Positions 1 to 8,429 of a DNA stretch of 64,000 nt are shown in pieces. Numbering within the stretch: the stretch's first letter is position 1; every line of letters starts with the position of its first letter. This stretch comes from a virus (Duplodnaviria > Caudoviricetes). The DNA is taken from IMG/VR virus record IMGVR_UViG_3300037449_000119, positions 282 to 64,281 of that record; one strand, given 5' to 3'. The translations under genes and the position numbers were made by a program. The notes beneath the pieces are model-generated. The model was given only the letters and a program-made list of their open reading frames with translations, searched no databases and was not told the origin of the DNA.

Positions 1-1
1 T

Positions 2-172
2 GTGCCTGAGTGGGGTAATATCATAACCCCGGCCTTTCTTTATTTTGCGTTGGTTAGACTTGCGATCATATCCACGGTCTTACTTTTCCTTTTGTTGGTT
101 GGAATGGCGGTGGAACAAGTACGCAGATGGGCTAACCAATGGAGGAAACGTAGCCAGAAGGAGTCAGTCTGA
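2..172 (+). CDS. membrane protein, 5'-truncated at window edge
   Basis: Open frame from base 2 (VPEWGNIITPAFLYFALVRLAIISTVLLFLLLVGMAVEQ...), hydrophobic helix; TGA overlaps the next ATG (TGATG). Confidence 0.55.
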   Translation: MPEWGNIITPAFLYFALVRLAIISTVLLFLLLVGMAVEQVRRWANQWRKRSQKESV

Positions 173-336
173 TGGACGCGATTCAAAACGTGTTTGACTG
201 GCTGGACACCGTATCCGCTATCGTACTTTGCCTTGCGTGGTTTGCGATTGCGCTTGCGCTGGCAGGAGTAGCCGTGCTGTGCGGATGGTTTGGCGCAAGG
301 ACGAAACGCATGGCGAAGAAACACCAAACCAAGTAA
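172..336 (+). CDS. small membrane protein (54 aa)
   Basis: GAAGGAG SD upstream; MDAIQNVFDWLDTVSAIVLCLAWFAIALALAGVAVLCGWFG plus basic tail; below the ORF-track cutoff. Confidence 0.65.
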   Translation: MDAIQNVFDWLDTVSAIVLCLAWFAIALALAGVAVLCGWFGARTKRMAKKHQTK

Positions 337-343
337 CGCATCA

Positions 344-361
344 CAACCCGCAGCAAGGAGA
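344..361 (+). repeat. 18-bp direct repeat containing SD, copy 1 (CAACCCGCAGCAAGGAGA)
   Basis: Identical copy at 592-609. Confidence 0.9.
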
Positions 362-365
362 CGCA

Positions 366-578
366 ATGGCAAAGACTCAAACGGTAGAGAAGGTTCCGCA
401 GAAAACCTTCAACGTAACAGCACGAATCACTGTCGATGTGACAATGCCCGTGGCTGCACATGACTTCAAGCACGCCGCCGAGCAAGCCGCCGAGTTTGGT
501 ACCGATAAGTTCATCACTATACTTGGTGAATGCCTAAATGAACTTTCTATCCAAATCCAAGGTATTTGGATAGAATAA
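366..578 (+). CDS. hypothetical protein (70 aa)
   Basis: AAGGAG SD then ATG at 366, in frame with ORF 228..578. Confidence 0.7.
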   Translation: MAKTQTVEKVPQKTFNVTARITVDVTMPVAAHDFKHAAEQAAEFGTDKFITILGECLNELSIQIQGIWIE

Positions 579-591
579 CCGCCGTAAGGCG

Positions 592-609
592 CAACCCGCA
601 GCAAGGAGA
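592..609 (+). repeat. 18-bp direct repeat containing SD, copy 2
   Basis: Identical to 344-361. Confidence 0.9.
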
Positions 610-613
610 ATTG

Positions 614-1348
614 ATGTTCAAGCTCGGACGTAAAGCGGTAAAGACTGATTCGCGAACCTTACGAATGGTGCGGTACCTCACGCCAACCCTTCCGCCCCCA
701 CCTGCGCGTGTGGACTGGACCAAAGGGCAGACAGCATGGCTGATGCTGATGAATGACTCCTTGGGTGATTGCACAATTGCCGGAGCCATGCACTGCATCA
801 TGGGCTGGAGCCTTAACACGGGCAGCGAATCCAGCTTCGGCGATAATGATGCACTCGACTATTATGAGACGTTTGACGGCTACAATCCCAACTACCCTTC
901 CACAGACAGCGGGGGAATTCTTCTTGATGTGCTGAAAGACTGGCAGAAACAGAGTATCAACGGCCACACAGTTGAAGCCTATGCCTTGGTGAATCCCGCC
1001 AACGTGACGCAGGTAAAGCAAGCCCTGGCGCTCTTCGGACCGCTCTATTGCGGACTGGCATTTCCAAACTCTGCAATGGACGCGCCGACCTGGGAACTCA
1101 CGCAAGATCGAAGCCTTGCCGGCGGGCACTGCGTCGTGATGATCGCCTACAATGAGATCGGACCAATTTTCATCAGTTGGGGGGCGCTGTATCAAGCGAC
1201 ATGGGCGTTCTTTAACTTCTTCTTCGCTCCGAATATGCAGGGCGAGATTTACGCAGCCATCAGCCCGGATTGGTTCGCGGATTCCGGCGTGGACCCAACC
1301 GGCCTCAACCTCGATCAACTCAATGTCGATCTCACGGCCATCAAGTAA
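614..1348 (+). CDS. papain-like (clan CA) cysteine peptidase
   Basis: NDSLGDCTIAG (catalytic Cys), GGHCVVMIAY (His) and ISWG (cf. papain NSWG); SD at 602-608. Confidence 0.75.
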   Translation: MFKLGRKAVKTDSRTLRMVRYLTPTLPPPPARVDWTKGQTAWLMLMNDSLGDCTIAGAMHCIMGWSLNTGSESSFGDNDALDYYETFDGYNPNYPSTDSGGILLDVLKDWQKQSINGHTVEAYALVNPANVTQVKQALALFGPLYCGLAFPNSAMDAPTWELTQDRSLAGGHCVVMIAYNEIGPIFISWGALYQATWAFFNFFFAPNMQGEIYAAISPDWFADSGVDPTGLNLDQLNVDLTAIK

Positions 1349-1374
1349 CCCCGCGCTGAGGAGGCGCAAACGAA

Positions 1375-1896
1375 ATGTGTACAAACGCAGTCAAAACCGC
1401 AGAGAATCTGATGGAAGCTATCGAGCCTACCATCAAGTCGTTTCTGACCGAAACCGGCCTTATCGACACACCCGCAGCGCAGACGGTACTCACGTTGTTT
1501 GACAACGCGCTCACTGCTATCGAGAATTGGCAGAGTGGGACACCGGCACAGGAAGCTATTGAGGCCATCGGAATCTTCCAGACGGCGCTCAGTGCGCTTC
1601 CCATTCCGACCCTGTACATCACGCTGCTCAACATCATCCTTGCTGGTGTGGAGACGGTGATTGGCGTCCTGTCGGCCAATTCCCCCGCTCCGGCGGCACC
1701 AGCAGACTCCACGGCCTCAGCAGAGGATGCTCAGGTAGGCCACCAGTTGCAGGTTGCCGCTGAGACAACCGCGAAGGTCCAGGCGCTCGTTCCGGGATTC
1801 AAGCGGAGCATCTGGCACTCAGCAGCGAGTCAGTACAACAACGCCTGGGACAATGCGCTCCAGGCTGGGGGCTTCCCGCCGAGCATGGCGGTCTAG
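1375..1896 (+). CDS. hypothetical helical protein, possible membrane segment
   Basis: GAGGAGG SD; 173 aa; hydrophobic LYITLLNIILAGVETVIGVL. Confidence 0.7.
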   Translation: MCTNAVKTAENLMEAIEPTIKSFLTETGLIDTPAAQTVLTLFDNALTAIENWQSGTPAQEAIEAIGIFQTALSALPIPTLYITLLNIILAGVETVIGVLSANSPAPAAPADSTASAEDAQVGHQLQVAAETTAKVQALVPGFKRSIWHSAASQYNNAWDNALQAGGFPPSMAV

Positions 1897-2024
1897 CTCC
1901 GGCGAGGCTGTAACCAAGTTTGCGCGGGGAAGTCCGTTCCAGCATCACCTAACGGGATCACCTGGAGAATTATTAAAGGCTCACTGGAGAGAGTCTCCCG
2001 CGCAATCAACCTACGGAGGAACCC

Positions 2025-2270
2025 ATGGCAAATAAGGCTCAAACGTGGCAAGTGACACCGGCGCAGTATGCAGCGATGGAGGCCGAAGTAGCGGCGGCTG
2101 GCTACCCCATCAGCGGAGACTCAGGAACAGCAGAGATTCGCCACTGTACCGTGAGTTGGGCCTATGACGGGGCTACGCTCAGCATCACCGTTGACTCCGC
2201 GCCGATGTTCTTCACAGGCGTAGCTGAGCGCGAGATTGCGGAAGCGGTCAACAAGGCGCTGGCCGGGTAG
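2025..2270 (+). CDS. hypothetical protein
   Basis: GGAGG SD; 81-aa ORF followed by hairpin. Confidence 0.7.
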   Translation: MANKAQTWQVTPAQYAAMEAEVAAAGYPISGDSGTAEIRHCTVSWAYDGATLSITVDSAPMFFTGVAEREIAEAVNKALAG

Positions 2271-2283
2271 CAGCCAACACAAA

Positions 2284-2325
2284 CACCAAGGGCCGCCTCT
2301 CCGTAAGGATTGGCGGCCCTTGGTG
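2284..2325. terminator. hairpin between convergent gene blocks, likely bidirectional terminator
   Basis: Perfect 14-bp stem CACCAAGGGCCGCC / GGCGGCCCTTGGTG; no clear U-tract. Confidence 0.65.
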
Positions 2326-2387
2326 CGTCAGGAGACGTTGCCATCTTCCAGGTTTGATTTTAGCGCAAACTACTCGCCAAAAGCAAC

Positions 2388-2837
2388 CTACTCTGCTCCG
2401 GCACTGTACTTCGCCTTCAGCTCGTCGTGTTTGGTCTGCGCCTTTTCCAGCGCGGCCGTAGCCCGCACAACCTCCTTCTCCAGCTCACCAAGGTAGGCAG
2501 TGGCCTCCTTGACGGTCTGCCTGGCCCCGCCGATGGCTTCCTTGGCCTTGGCGGCCTTGGCCCTCTCGCGCGCCTTGGCGGCCTGTTTGGAGAGCTTCTC
2601 GGCCAGCTTCAGCAGCTCAGTGACGGATGGCGCCTTCCGGGGCTCCCCAGCGGCCTCGCGGGGCTTCCTGGGCTTCCGCTTGGTCTTCTCCGGCGCTGTC
2701 TCAACAACAGGTGCCTGGGGCTGCGGGGAGGGGTTTCTGACAAAGCGCCGGCGAACGGGGGCAGGATCCTGCTCGAGTTCTGCCTTGGGGCGGCGCCCAC
2801 GGGGCTTGGTTTCTTCGACTGCGGTTTCTTCGGTCAT
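2388..2837 (-). CDS. Lys/Ala/Arg-rich coiled-coil protein, possibly DNA-binding
   Basis: 149 aa; KTKRKPRKPR, AAKARERAKAAKAK; GGAG SD. Confidence 0.7.
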   Translation of the reverse strand: MTEETAVEETKPRGRRPKAELEQDPAPVRRRFVRNPSPQPQAPVVETAPEKTKRKPRKPREAAGEPRKAPSVTELLKLAEKLSKQAAKARERAKAAKAKEAIGGARQTVKEATAYLGELEKEVVRATAALEKAQTKHDELKAKYSAGAE

Positions 2838-4384
2838 TTGGTGCTCCTTGTTTTTCTGGTTAATTGGTTGAGGTTTCCCACTTCGTGCCCTCTGTGCTCC
2901 CCGTACTCACGGAGGGCGTTGAGCAGCGAGCGTTGTGAGGCATCCTTACGAAGAAGTGCCGAGTCCATCGCCTCGTCCACTGTGCCCCTCGTAATGATGC
3001 GGTGAACGCGGCATACTTGGTGGGCGTTACCTTGCCGCATTACACGCTTGTTGAACTGGATGAATAGCTCCAGGTCGTAGATCATAGAGTGCCAGGCAAC
3101 ATCATTGCCAGCCCCCTGCAAATTCAACCCGTGTGCAACAGACGCCGGGTTGCCGAAAAGCATGGGCAACTCTCCACGGTTCCACTGCGCCTCTAACATC
3201 AAATCCCGCTTCATGGCCGCTGTGGTGCTGCCACTACCCCCTAAGATGGGAATATCCTTGCCAAACCGTTTGCGCAGCCGGTCAAGGTCGTGCTTCCACC
3301 AGTAGGCAACCAACAACGGCTTGTACCCAAGCTCTTCGTGCAGCAACTCCAGCGCGTCGGTCTTGGCGTTGTGAAGCTGCACAGTCTCGCGCGCCTCGCC
3401 GATGGTGCGCAACAAGCCGGTTGTCTCGTCCATCTCCGGGTCGATGTATACACCGCCGCAGGCGATCTGAGAACACTTGGTCATGGCCGCCGCGGCCGAC
3501 AGCGCGGTTACGGTGCGGCTGTTCTCCAGCTTGGCGAACATGACCGCCTCCATCTGGTCATACAACACGCGAATCTTCGGGGGCAGGTCTACGTAGATGT
3601 AGTTGGGAACCTCGGTGGGTATGTGAACGAAGTCACTCATGTCGATGCGGCACACAATAGGTTTTAGCCGCCTCTGAATAAGTTGCTCGCTTCCCTGCCG
3701 CAAATCCCAACCGTAAAGCCCAGCCGCGTCGAAGTACGTGTTGCGGTACGCGGTAATGTAGGAGCCGAGCGCGGCACCCATGTCGGTCACATACGCCTGT
3801 CCGAACACGTCCAGGTATCCGTTGGAACTGGGTGTGCCGGTCAAGGTCCACCGTCGCGCAAAGGTGTCTAGCTTCTTCTTCAGGTCACTGAAACGCCGTG
3901 TATCTGTCCGTTTGTATTGAGAACTTTCATCGACGCACAATGTATCGGGTTTGGCCCTAGTGAAGAAGCCGGTCTCAAGCAGCCACGGGATGCCATCGGG
4001 GTTGACCACGTAGATGTCAGCGTTTTGTTTGACCAACTCATCCTTATCAGTGCCATGCAGGACGACCACCTTCAAGGCCGAGAAGTCGCTCCATTTCTGC
4101 TGTTCTTTGGGCCACACCAGGTAACAGGGCCGCAGTGGCGCGATGACCAGCATTTTTCTTGCCAGCTTCTCTTTTTTGAGAATCTTGAACGCCGCGTACA
4201 CGCACGCTGTTTTTCCGAAGCCCGGATCGCCCCACAACGCTACACAAGCGTTTGCTAGCAGACGCTTCAAGGCTACAGCTTGCTGCCGCTGCGGAGTCCA
4301 CTTTTGCGGCACCACTTCTGAGTCCGCCCATGCAGTCGTCGATGAGCCTCTTGCCGTCTGCCGTGCTGTCGATAACTTGGACAT
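2834..4384 (-). CDS. SNF2-family (SF2) helicase; start uncertain, possibly GTG near 4315
   Basis: GDPGFGKT (Walker A), CVDESS (Walker B), LTGTP, HGLNLQ, QFNKRVMRQG. Confidence 0.9.
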   Translation of the reverse strand: MSKLSTARQTARGSSTTAWADSEVVPQKWTPQRQQAVALKRLLANACVALWGDPGFGKTACVYAAFKILKKEKLARKMLVIAPLRPCYLVWPKEQQKWSDFSALKVVVLHGTDKDELVKQNADIYVVNPDGIPWLLETGFFTRAKPDTLCVDESSQYKRTDTRRFSDLKKKLDTFARRWTLTGTPSSNGYLDVFGQAYVTDMGAALGSYITAYRNTYFDAAGLYGWDLRQGSEQLIQRRLKPIVCRIDMSDFVHIPTEVPNYIYVDLPPKIRVLYDQMEAVMFAKLENSRTVTALSAAAAMTKCSQIACGGVYIDPEMDETTGLLRTIGEARETVQLHNAKTDALELLHEELGYKPLLVAYWWKHDLDRLRKRFGKDIPILGGSGSTTAAMKRDLMLEAQWNRGELPMLFGNPASVAHGLNLQGAGNDVAWHSMIYDLELFIQFNKRVMRQGNAHQVCRVHRIITRGTVDEAMDSALLRKDASQRSLLNALREYGEHRGHEVGNLNQLTRKTRSTK

Positions 4385-4622
4385 CGTAGCCTAGCGCGCG
4401 CAGGCGCTTGATCCTTTCTTCTTGCAGCGGTGTTGGAAATTCGCCAGGTCGTTTGAACTCAATCAGCAGTGGGCGCCCCCCAGGCAAGTAGAACTCGTAA
4501 TCTGGATGCGAGGCGCCGCCCATCCCCCCGCTGTGCTTAACCGCGAGCAGTCCATAGGTTTTGCGCGCGTGCTCCACAACGGTCTTCTGCACACCTTTTT
4601 CAAGAGGTCTACGTTTAACCAT
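4047..4622 (-). CDS. VRR-NUC domain nuclease with long C-terminal read-through over the helicase gene
   Basis: LEKGVQK...HPDYEFY...LIEFKRPG...LRALGYDVQVID; ATG at 4622 lies in the 25-bp repeat. Confidence 0.8.
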   Translation of the reverse strand: MVKRRPLEKGVQKTVVEHARKTYGLLAVKHSGGMGGASHPDYEFYLPGGRPLLIEFKRPGEFPTPLQEERIKRLRALGYDVQVIDSTADGKRLIDDCMGGLRSGAAKVDSAAAASCSLEASASKRLCSVVGRSGLRKNSVRVRGVQDSQKREAGKKNAGHRATAALLPGVAQRTAEMERLLGLEGGRPAWH

Positions 4623-4639
4623 GTTCACACGTCCCTCCC
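4615..4639. repeat. 25-bp direct repeat, copy 1 (TTAACCATGTTCACACGTCCCTCCC)
   Basis: Identical copy at 5126-5150. Confidence 0.95.
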
Positions 4640-5133
4640 GCACAGTCCACATACAACATCCTCTCAGTGTGCAGCTCCAGCCCATCAAGGGAGCTTTTGA
4701 AAACTCCTCCGCGTAAAGTTTTGTACACCGGCGACATGCGCAGGCAAGTATCTGCGTACCGATAAAAAACCGCGCGCGTGCGCAAACATTTGATGGGGTA
4801 GTAGTACCCGCGCGGCACTCCGTGCGTTGTACAGAACATCTTTGTGAATGCAGCAAGCGGCAGAAGACAACGATCAAATTCAGGCATCCACTGGGAAAGA
4901 GTCACATAGTCAAGGCAAACTGCTTGAACAACACGCACGTCGGAGTTGCTGACCAGGTTTGAGTACACAAACTCATCAACATCCTGCGCGTGCTTACAAT
5001 TCACAGCAGCAATCTGCGCAGCGTCACTAGGTTTCTGCACCGACAAGCGCCACTGCTGCTTCAAAGGATCATAGGCCACCACCTGTAGGCGCACATCGCG
5101 CCCCCACGTGGTGCTTGTACCAGGCTTAACCAT
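4615..5133 (-). CDS. hypothetical protein (172 aa) flanked by 25-bp direct repeats
   Basis: SD and ATG come from one repeat copy, stop from the other; in frame with ORF 4615..5454. Confidence 0.65.
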   Translation of the reverse strand: MVKPGTSTTWGRDVRLQVVAYDPLKQQWRLSVQKPSDAAQIAAVNCKHAQDVDEFVYSNLVSNSDVRVVQAVCLDYVTLSQWMPEFDRCLLPLAAFTKMFCTTHGVPRGYYYPIKCLRTRAVFYRYADTCLRMSPVYKTLRGGVFKSSLDGLELHTERMLYVDCAGGTCEHG

Positions 5134-5150
5134 GTTCACACGTCCCTCCC
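5126..5150. repeat. 25-bp direct repeat, copy 2
   Basis: Identical to 4615-4639. Confidence 0.95.
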
Positions 5151-5878
5151 TTCGACACCCCAAAATTGCACCAAGAGCAGTGACCCCCTGGCGTAGCCAT
5201 AAACCGCGTATCCGCGAGCATGGGCTCGACCTTCGCCTCCCACTGCTTCTGCATCGCCAGCCGCGCACTGTACTCGTACTGGTAGACCACAACCTGTTGT
5301 TGGTCCACATACCACAGCTCAACGCGCACAGTGCGCGCCTGCGGGTATTTGATGAAGGCGCCGATGGCGTAGAGGTCAGCCTGGTCCTTGTGGTCATCGG
5401 GGTAGATTTTCCCGCTCTTGTAGTCGATGATTCGTACAGTCTTCGACTCCGCATTCCAGGTGTGAGTATCCACCTTGATGCGGCACCAGACGAACCCCTT
5501 GGCGAAGAAGTCGCACAAAGTCCACTGCCGCGTCAGCCCCCATGCGAACTTGGCAAACTCCTTGCTCTGCTTCCACGGGTCACAGTCCCACTCGGCAATC
5601 ACCTGAAGAGGTGAGCTGCGCAGAGCTTTGAACTCTTCCGCAAAGGGTCTTAGAACCACAGGTATTACCTGCATATCAGACGGCAGCCCCTTGCTGGTGC
5701 GTTTGGTTGCCCACTCAGCCGCCAGCTCGTGCATGGAGCTACCACCGGCCTGAGCGAAGGTGTCGGCCACCTTGATCTTGTCGATGCACTTGAACTTCGC
5801 CATCAGAGGGCAGCGTTTCCAGTCCTTGTACCGGCTAACGCTCCACTCAGAAATTCGCTTCACCAAAGGTACGACCAT
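5126..5878 (-). CDS. Cas4/AddB-like PD-(D/E)XK exonuclease with probable Fe-S cysteines
   Basis: SVSRYKDWKRCP, KVD...IIDYKSGK, QADLYA, C-terminal HCSWCNF...TC; ATG at 5878 overlaps the upstream TGA. Confidence 0.85.
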   Translation of the reverse strand: MVVPLVKRISEWSVSRYKDWKRCPLMAKFKCIDKIKVADTFAQAGGSSMHELAAEWATKRTSKGLPSDMQVIPVVLRPFAEEFKALRSSPLQVIAEWDCDPWKQSKEFAKFAWGLTRQWTLCDFFAKGFVWCRIKVDTHTWNAESKTVRIIDYKSGKIYPDDHKDQADLYAIGAFIKYPQARTVRVELWYVDQQQVVVYQYEYSARLAMQKQWEAKVEPMLADTRFMATPGGHCSWCNFGVSKGGTCEHG

Positions 5879-6087
5879 CACTTCACAACCTTTCTTTTCA
5901 CAACACCGCGAGTTGAACATTCGCTGCACGGCTTTCCAAGAATGAGGCCACACCCTTCGCACTTGGGGCACACTGTGGTTCGGGCGCACTCTTCCGTGGC
6001 CATGAACTCGTTCTGATACACGGCGCGTTTTTCTGCCGCCGCCACAGCGATTGCATAGTTCCGCGATTCTTGCTCTGTCTGTTTCAC
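5878..6087 (-). CDS. small Zn-finger protein
   Basis: CPKCEGCG...CSECSTRG. Confidence 0.65.
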   Translation of the reverse strand: MKQTEQESRNYAIAVAAAEKRAVYQNEFMATEECARTTVCPKCEGCGLILGKPCSECSTRGVVKRKVVK

Positions 6088-6338
6088 ACAACCTCCTTAC
6101 GTACATTTACAAACGCTACACTGAGAATTTTACAGAGCTTGGCTGCTGCTTTTTCTGGATTACTCCAGCCAAGGCCACGTGCAGCGAGAACTCGCTCAAC
6201 ACGCAGATCACTGCCTGCTCTAACACCAAACTCCCTATCCAGAGCTGCATGGCACAGATTATATTGTAGCCCGTAGTCTGGATCACCAAAATCTATCCCC
6301 GCCGCAGCAAGAATTTCGCGCGGTAAATCAGGCATCAA
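6084..6338 (-). CDS. hypothetical protein
   Basis: 84-aa ORF coupled to neighbours by overlapping stop/start codons. Confidence 0.6.
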   Translation of the reverse strand: MMPDLPREILAAAGIDFGDPDYGLQYNLCHAALDREFGVRAGSDLRVERVLAARGLGWSNPEKAAAKLCKILSVAFVNVRKEVV

Positions 6339-8236
6339 TGAACCTCCTTCAACTCACTCCACCGCGGACCAACAGCAGGCTCGGCCACCATGGGTGGGTC
6401 GATCTCGATTGATTCCATGCACTCCTTGAGAATGCCAAGTTCCTGTTTCACGCGACTCTTTGGAATGGACACGTCCAATTCATCGTGGACACTCAACAGG
6501 AATCGCGCTTCTCTTTTGGGATGCTCGTTGTAACGAATGATGGCCTCTTTAGTAACATCCGCCGCCGATCCCTGAATCAGATAGTTGGTCAACTTATACT
6601 CCATCGACATCACACGACCGTGCTCAGGGGAGTATCGTGCAGGCTCGCAGAAGTATTCCCGGCCGCCCCACGTAACGATGGGCCTGCCAGCACGACCCTC
6701 GGCCTTCACAGCCTTGTCCACGGACTCGTAGCCAGGGAGTGCCTTGAGCATGATGGCGATGAGACGCTCCGCAACTTTGGCCGGACAGTGCAATCCATCA
6801 GAGATCGCCGGCACACCGCCGCCGTACACCTTCTTGAACACCAGATGCCGCTTCAGGTCATTGCGCAGGTCTTTGAAGGAGCGTTTGGCAAAGAAGTCCA
6901 GGCGCTCCGCTTCTACAGCGTGTGCCATGAGTCCGTGAATATCGAGCTTGGGGTTCTTCGCGTAGCCGATGCTGCCCTCAGCAAAGTAATCCAACAGCCG
7001 CAACTCCTGTTGGCTGTAGTCGGCTTTGCCCCACACGCAGCCCTTGTCGGGCAGCATGTACTTGCGCATCAAGGGAAGGTCAGGCAGCGAAGCAACAGTT
7101 TTTTTCACCAGCGGCATGTCCAAACCATCACGCCCTGATAGGTCCGTGCTGATGTTCTGAAAATTCGGCGATGACGACATTCTAGCGGTGGACGCCCCAC
7201 TCTTCCGGTCGGTGTTCCTGACCTGGCTCCAGTCAGTGTGAATGGTGCCACCCGTAACCTGCGCCTGCCGCAACCAGGGCAGCATGAAAGTCTTCAGGCA
7301 GGTTGTGACCTTGTTACGGTAGGTGAACATGGAGGAGACCTTGGGGTCTCGAATCATCTCCGGGGTGAGATTTTCCTTGCTCACACTCCGCTGCCCACCT
7401 GGATGGGACTTCGATGGCTTGGTGTAAACCCACGCACCAGGGTCCACCAGATTGCACTTCTCCAGTGCGTCGGCCACTTCTTCGTTGGAGTCAAAATTCA
7501 GGTTTTTGGTCTTCAGCCTCTTGCGCAGCCAGTTGTCGGCGGCCGCCAAAGCGCGCGTGTACATCTCCACGTCGTGCTCCAAGAGCGGTACGTCAACACA
7601 CACCCCCTCCTGCTCGTTTTGCAGCAGAATGGGCATCAAACGTCGCTCGCGGTCGTAAGCCGAAAGCATCCCCCGCTCAGCGATGATGGGATAGAGATGG
7701 TTGAACAGTGCAATGGTGCGGTCAGTATCGCCGTTCTGGTAAGGACCGACAACAGAGCCAGGAGCAGCACAGGTCCACGCCGACCACCTATCACCTTTGG
7801 GCTTGTCCTTGAAGTTTGCTTTGAGCCAATCCTCCACCGCATCACGCTCTTCAGGCTCCCATCCCAGCAGCCGCTCTGCGGAGGGCTTCAAACCTAGTTC
7901 AGCGTGCGGCTCATTCAGGAACGTCAAGAACATGGTATCATGAATCCGGTCCCATGTTGGCATCTTCAGGCCCATGTGTTTGACAGCCAAGTCGAGATCG
8001 AACTTCATATTTTGCCCCAGGAGATCCCAACGCGAATCGTTGCACACGCTGAGAAGTGCGGCGCGCCCCTCTTCAAAAGTGCAGTTGTTTCCCGATGGCA
8101 GACCCCACATATAAGCGCGGGACTTCCGCTCACCGGGCCTGCGGATGCTCACGCTCACCGGCTTGGGCGGATAGTCGGGGCGTCGTTTGATCGGCAGACT
8201 TTCAAAATCAATGACAGCCACCTTAGGAATTTTCAC
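6335..8236 (-). CDS. family A DNA polymerase with 3'-5' exonuclease domain
   Basis: Exo motifs IDFES, QNMKFD, DTDRT; motif A DYSQQELR; motif B ...KVYGG; NYLIQGSAAD; motif C VHDEL. Confidence 0.95.
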   Translation of the reverse strand: MKIPKVAVIDFESLPIKRRPDYPPKPVSVSIRRPGERKSRAYMWGLPSGNNCTFEEGRAALLSVCNDSRWDLLGQNMKFDLDLAVKHMGLKMPTWDRIHDTMFLTFLNEPHAELGLKPSAERLLGWEPEERDAVEDWLKANFKDKPKGDRWSAWTCAAPGSVVGPYQNGDTDRTIALFNHLYPIIAERGMLSAYDRERRLMPILLQNEQEGVCVDVPLLEHDVEMYTRALAAADNWLRKRLKTKNLNFDSNEEVADALEKCNLVDPGAWVYTKPSKSHPGGQRSVSKENLTPEMIRDPKVSSMFTYRNKVTTCLKTFMLPWLRQAQVTGGTIHTDWSQVRNTDRKSGASTARMSSSPNFQNISTDLSGRDGLDMPLVKKTVASLPDLPLMRKYMLPDKGCVWGKADYSQQELRLLDYFAEGSIGYAKNPKLDIHGLMAHAVEAERLDFFAKRSFKDLRNDLKRHLVFKKVYGGGVPAISDGLHCPAKVAERLIAIMLKALPGYESVDKAVKAEGRAGRPIVTWGGREYFCEPARYSPEHGRVMSMEYKLTNYLIQGSAADVTKEAIIRYNEHPKREARFLLSVHDELDVSIPKSRVKQELGILKECMESIEIDPPMVAEPAVGPRWSELKEVH

Positions 8237-8409
8237 CTGGACACCCCGGACAAGAACGGTGATGGGTAGCGGGGGTCTTGCGGAGCGGTGATAAAGCCAC
8301 AGCGATCACAACTTGTAACCCCAAACTGAAGTTGTTCCAACTCACCACCACATACAGATTTATACAGCCACAGCACCCACCATTTACGCACAACACGAGA
8401 ACATTTCAT
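8233..8409 (-). CDS. small Cys/Trp-rich protein, paralogue of 25132..25344
   Basis: GGAG SD; MKCSRVVRKWWVLWLYKSVCGG...SCDRCG. Confidence 0.6.
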   Translation of the reverse strand: MKCSRVVRKWWVLWLYKSVCGGELEQLQFGVTSCDRCGFITAPQDPRYPSPFLSGVSR

Positions 8410-8429
8410 TTCACATCTCCTGACAGAGA

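Noticed and set aside
5126-5878. Cas4-like gene as evidence of a CRISPR-Cas system
   Set aside because: No other cas genes or array; stand-alone Cas4-like nucleases are common in phage replication modules
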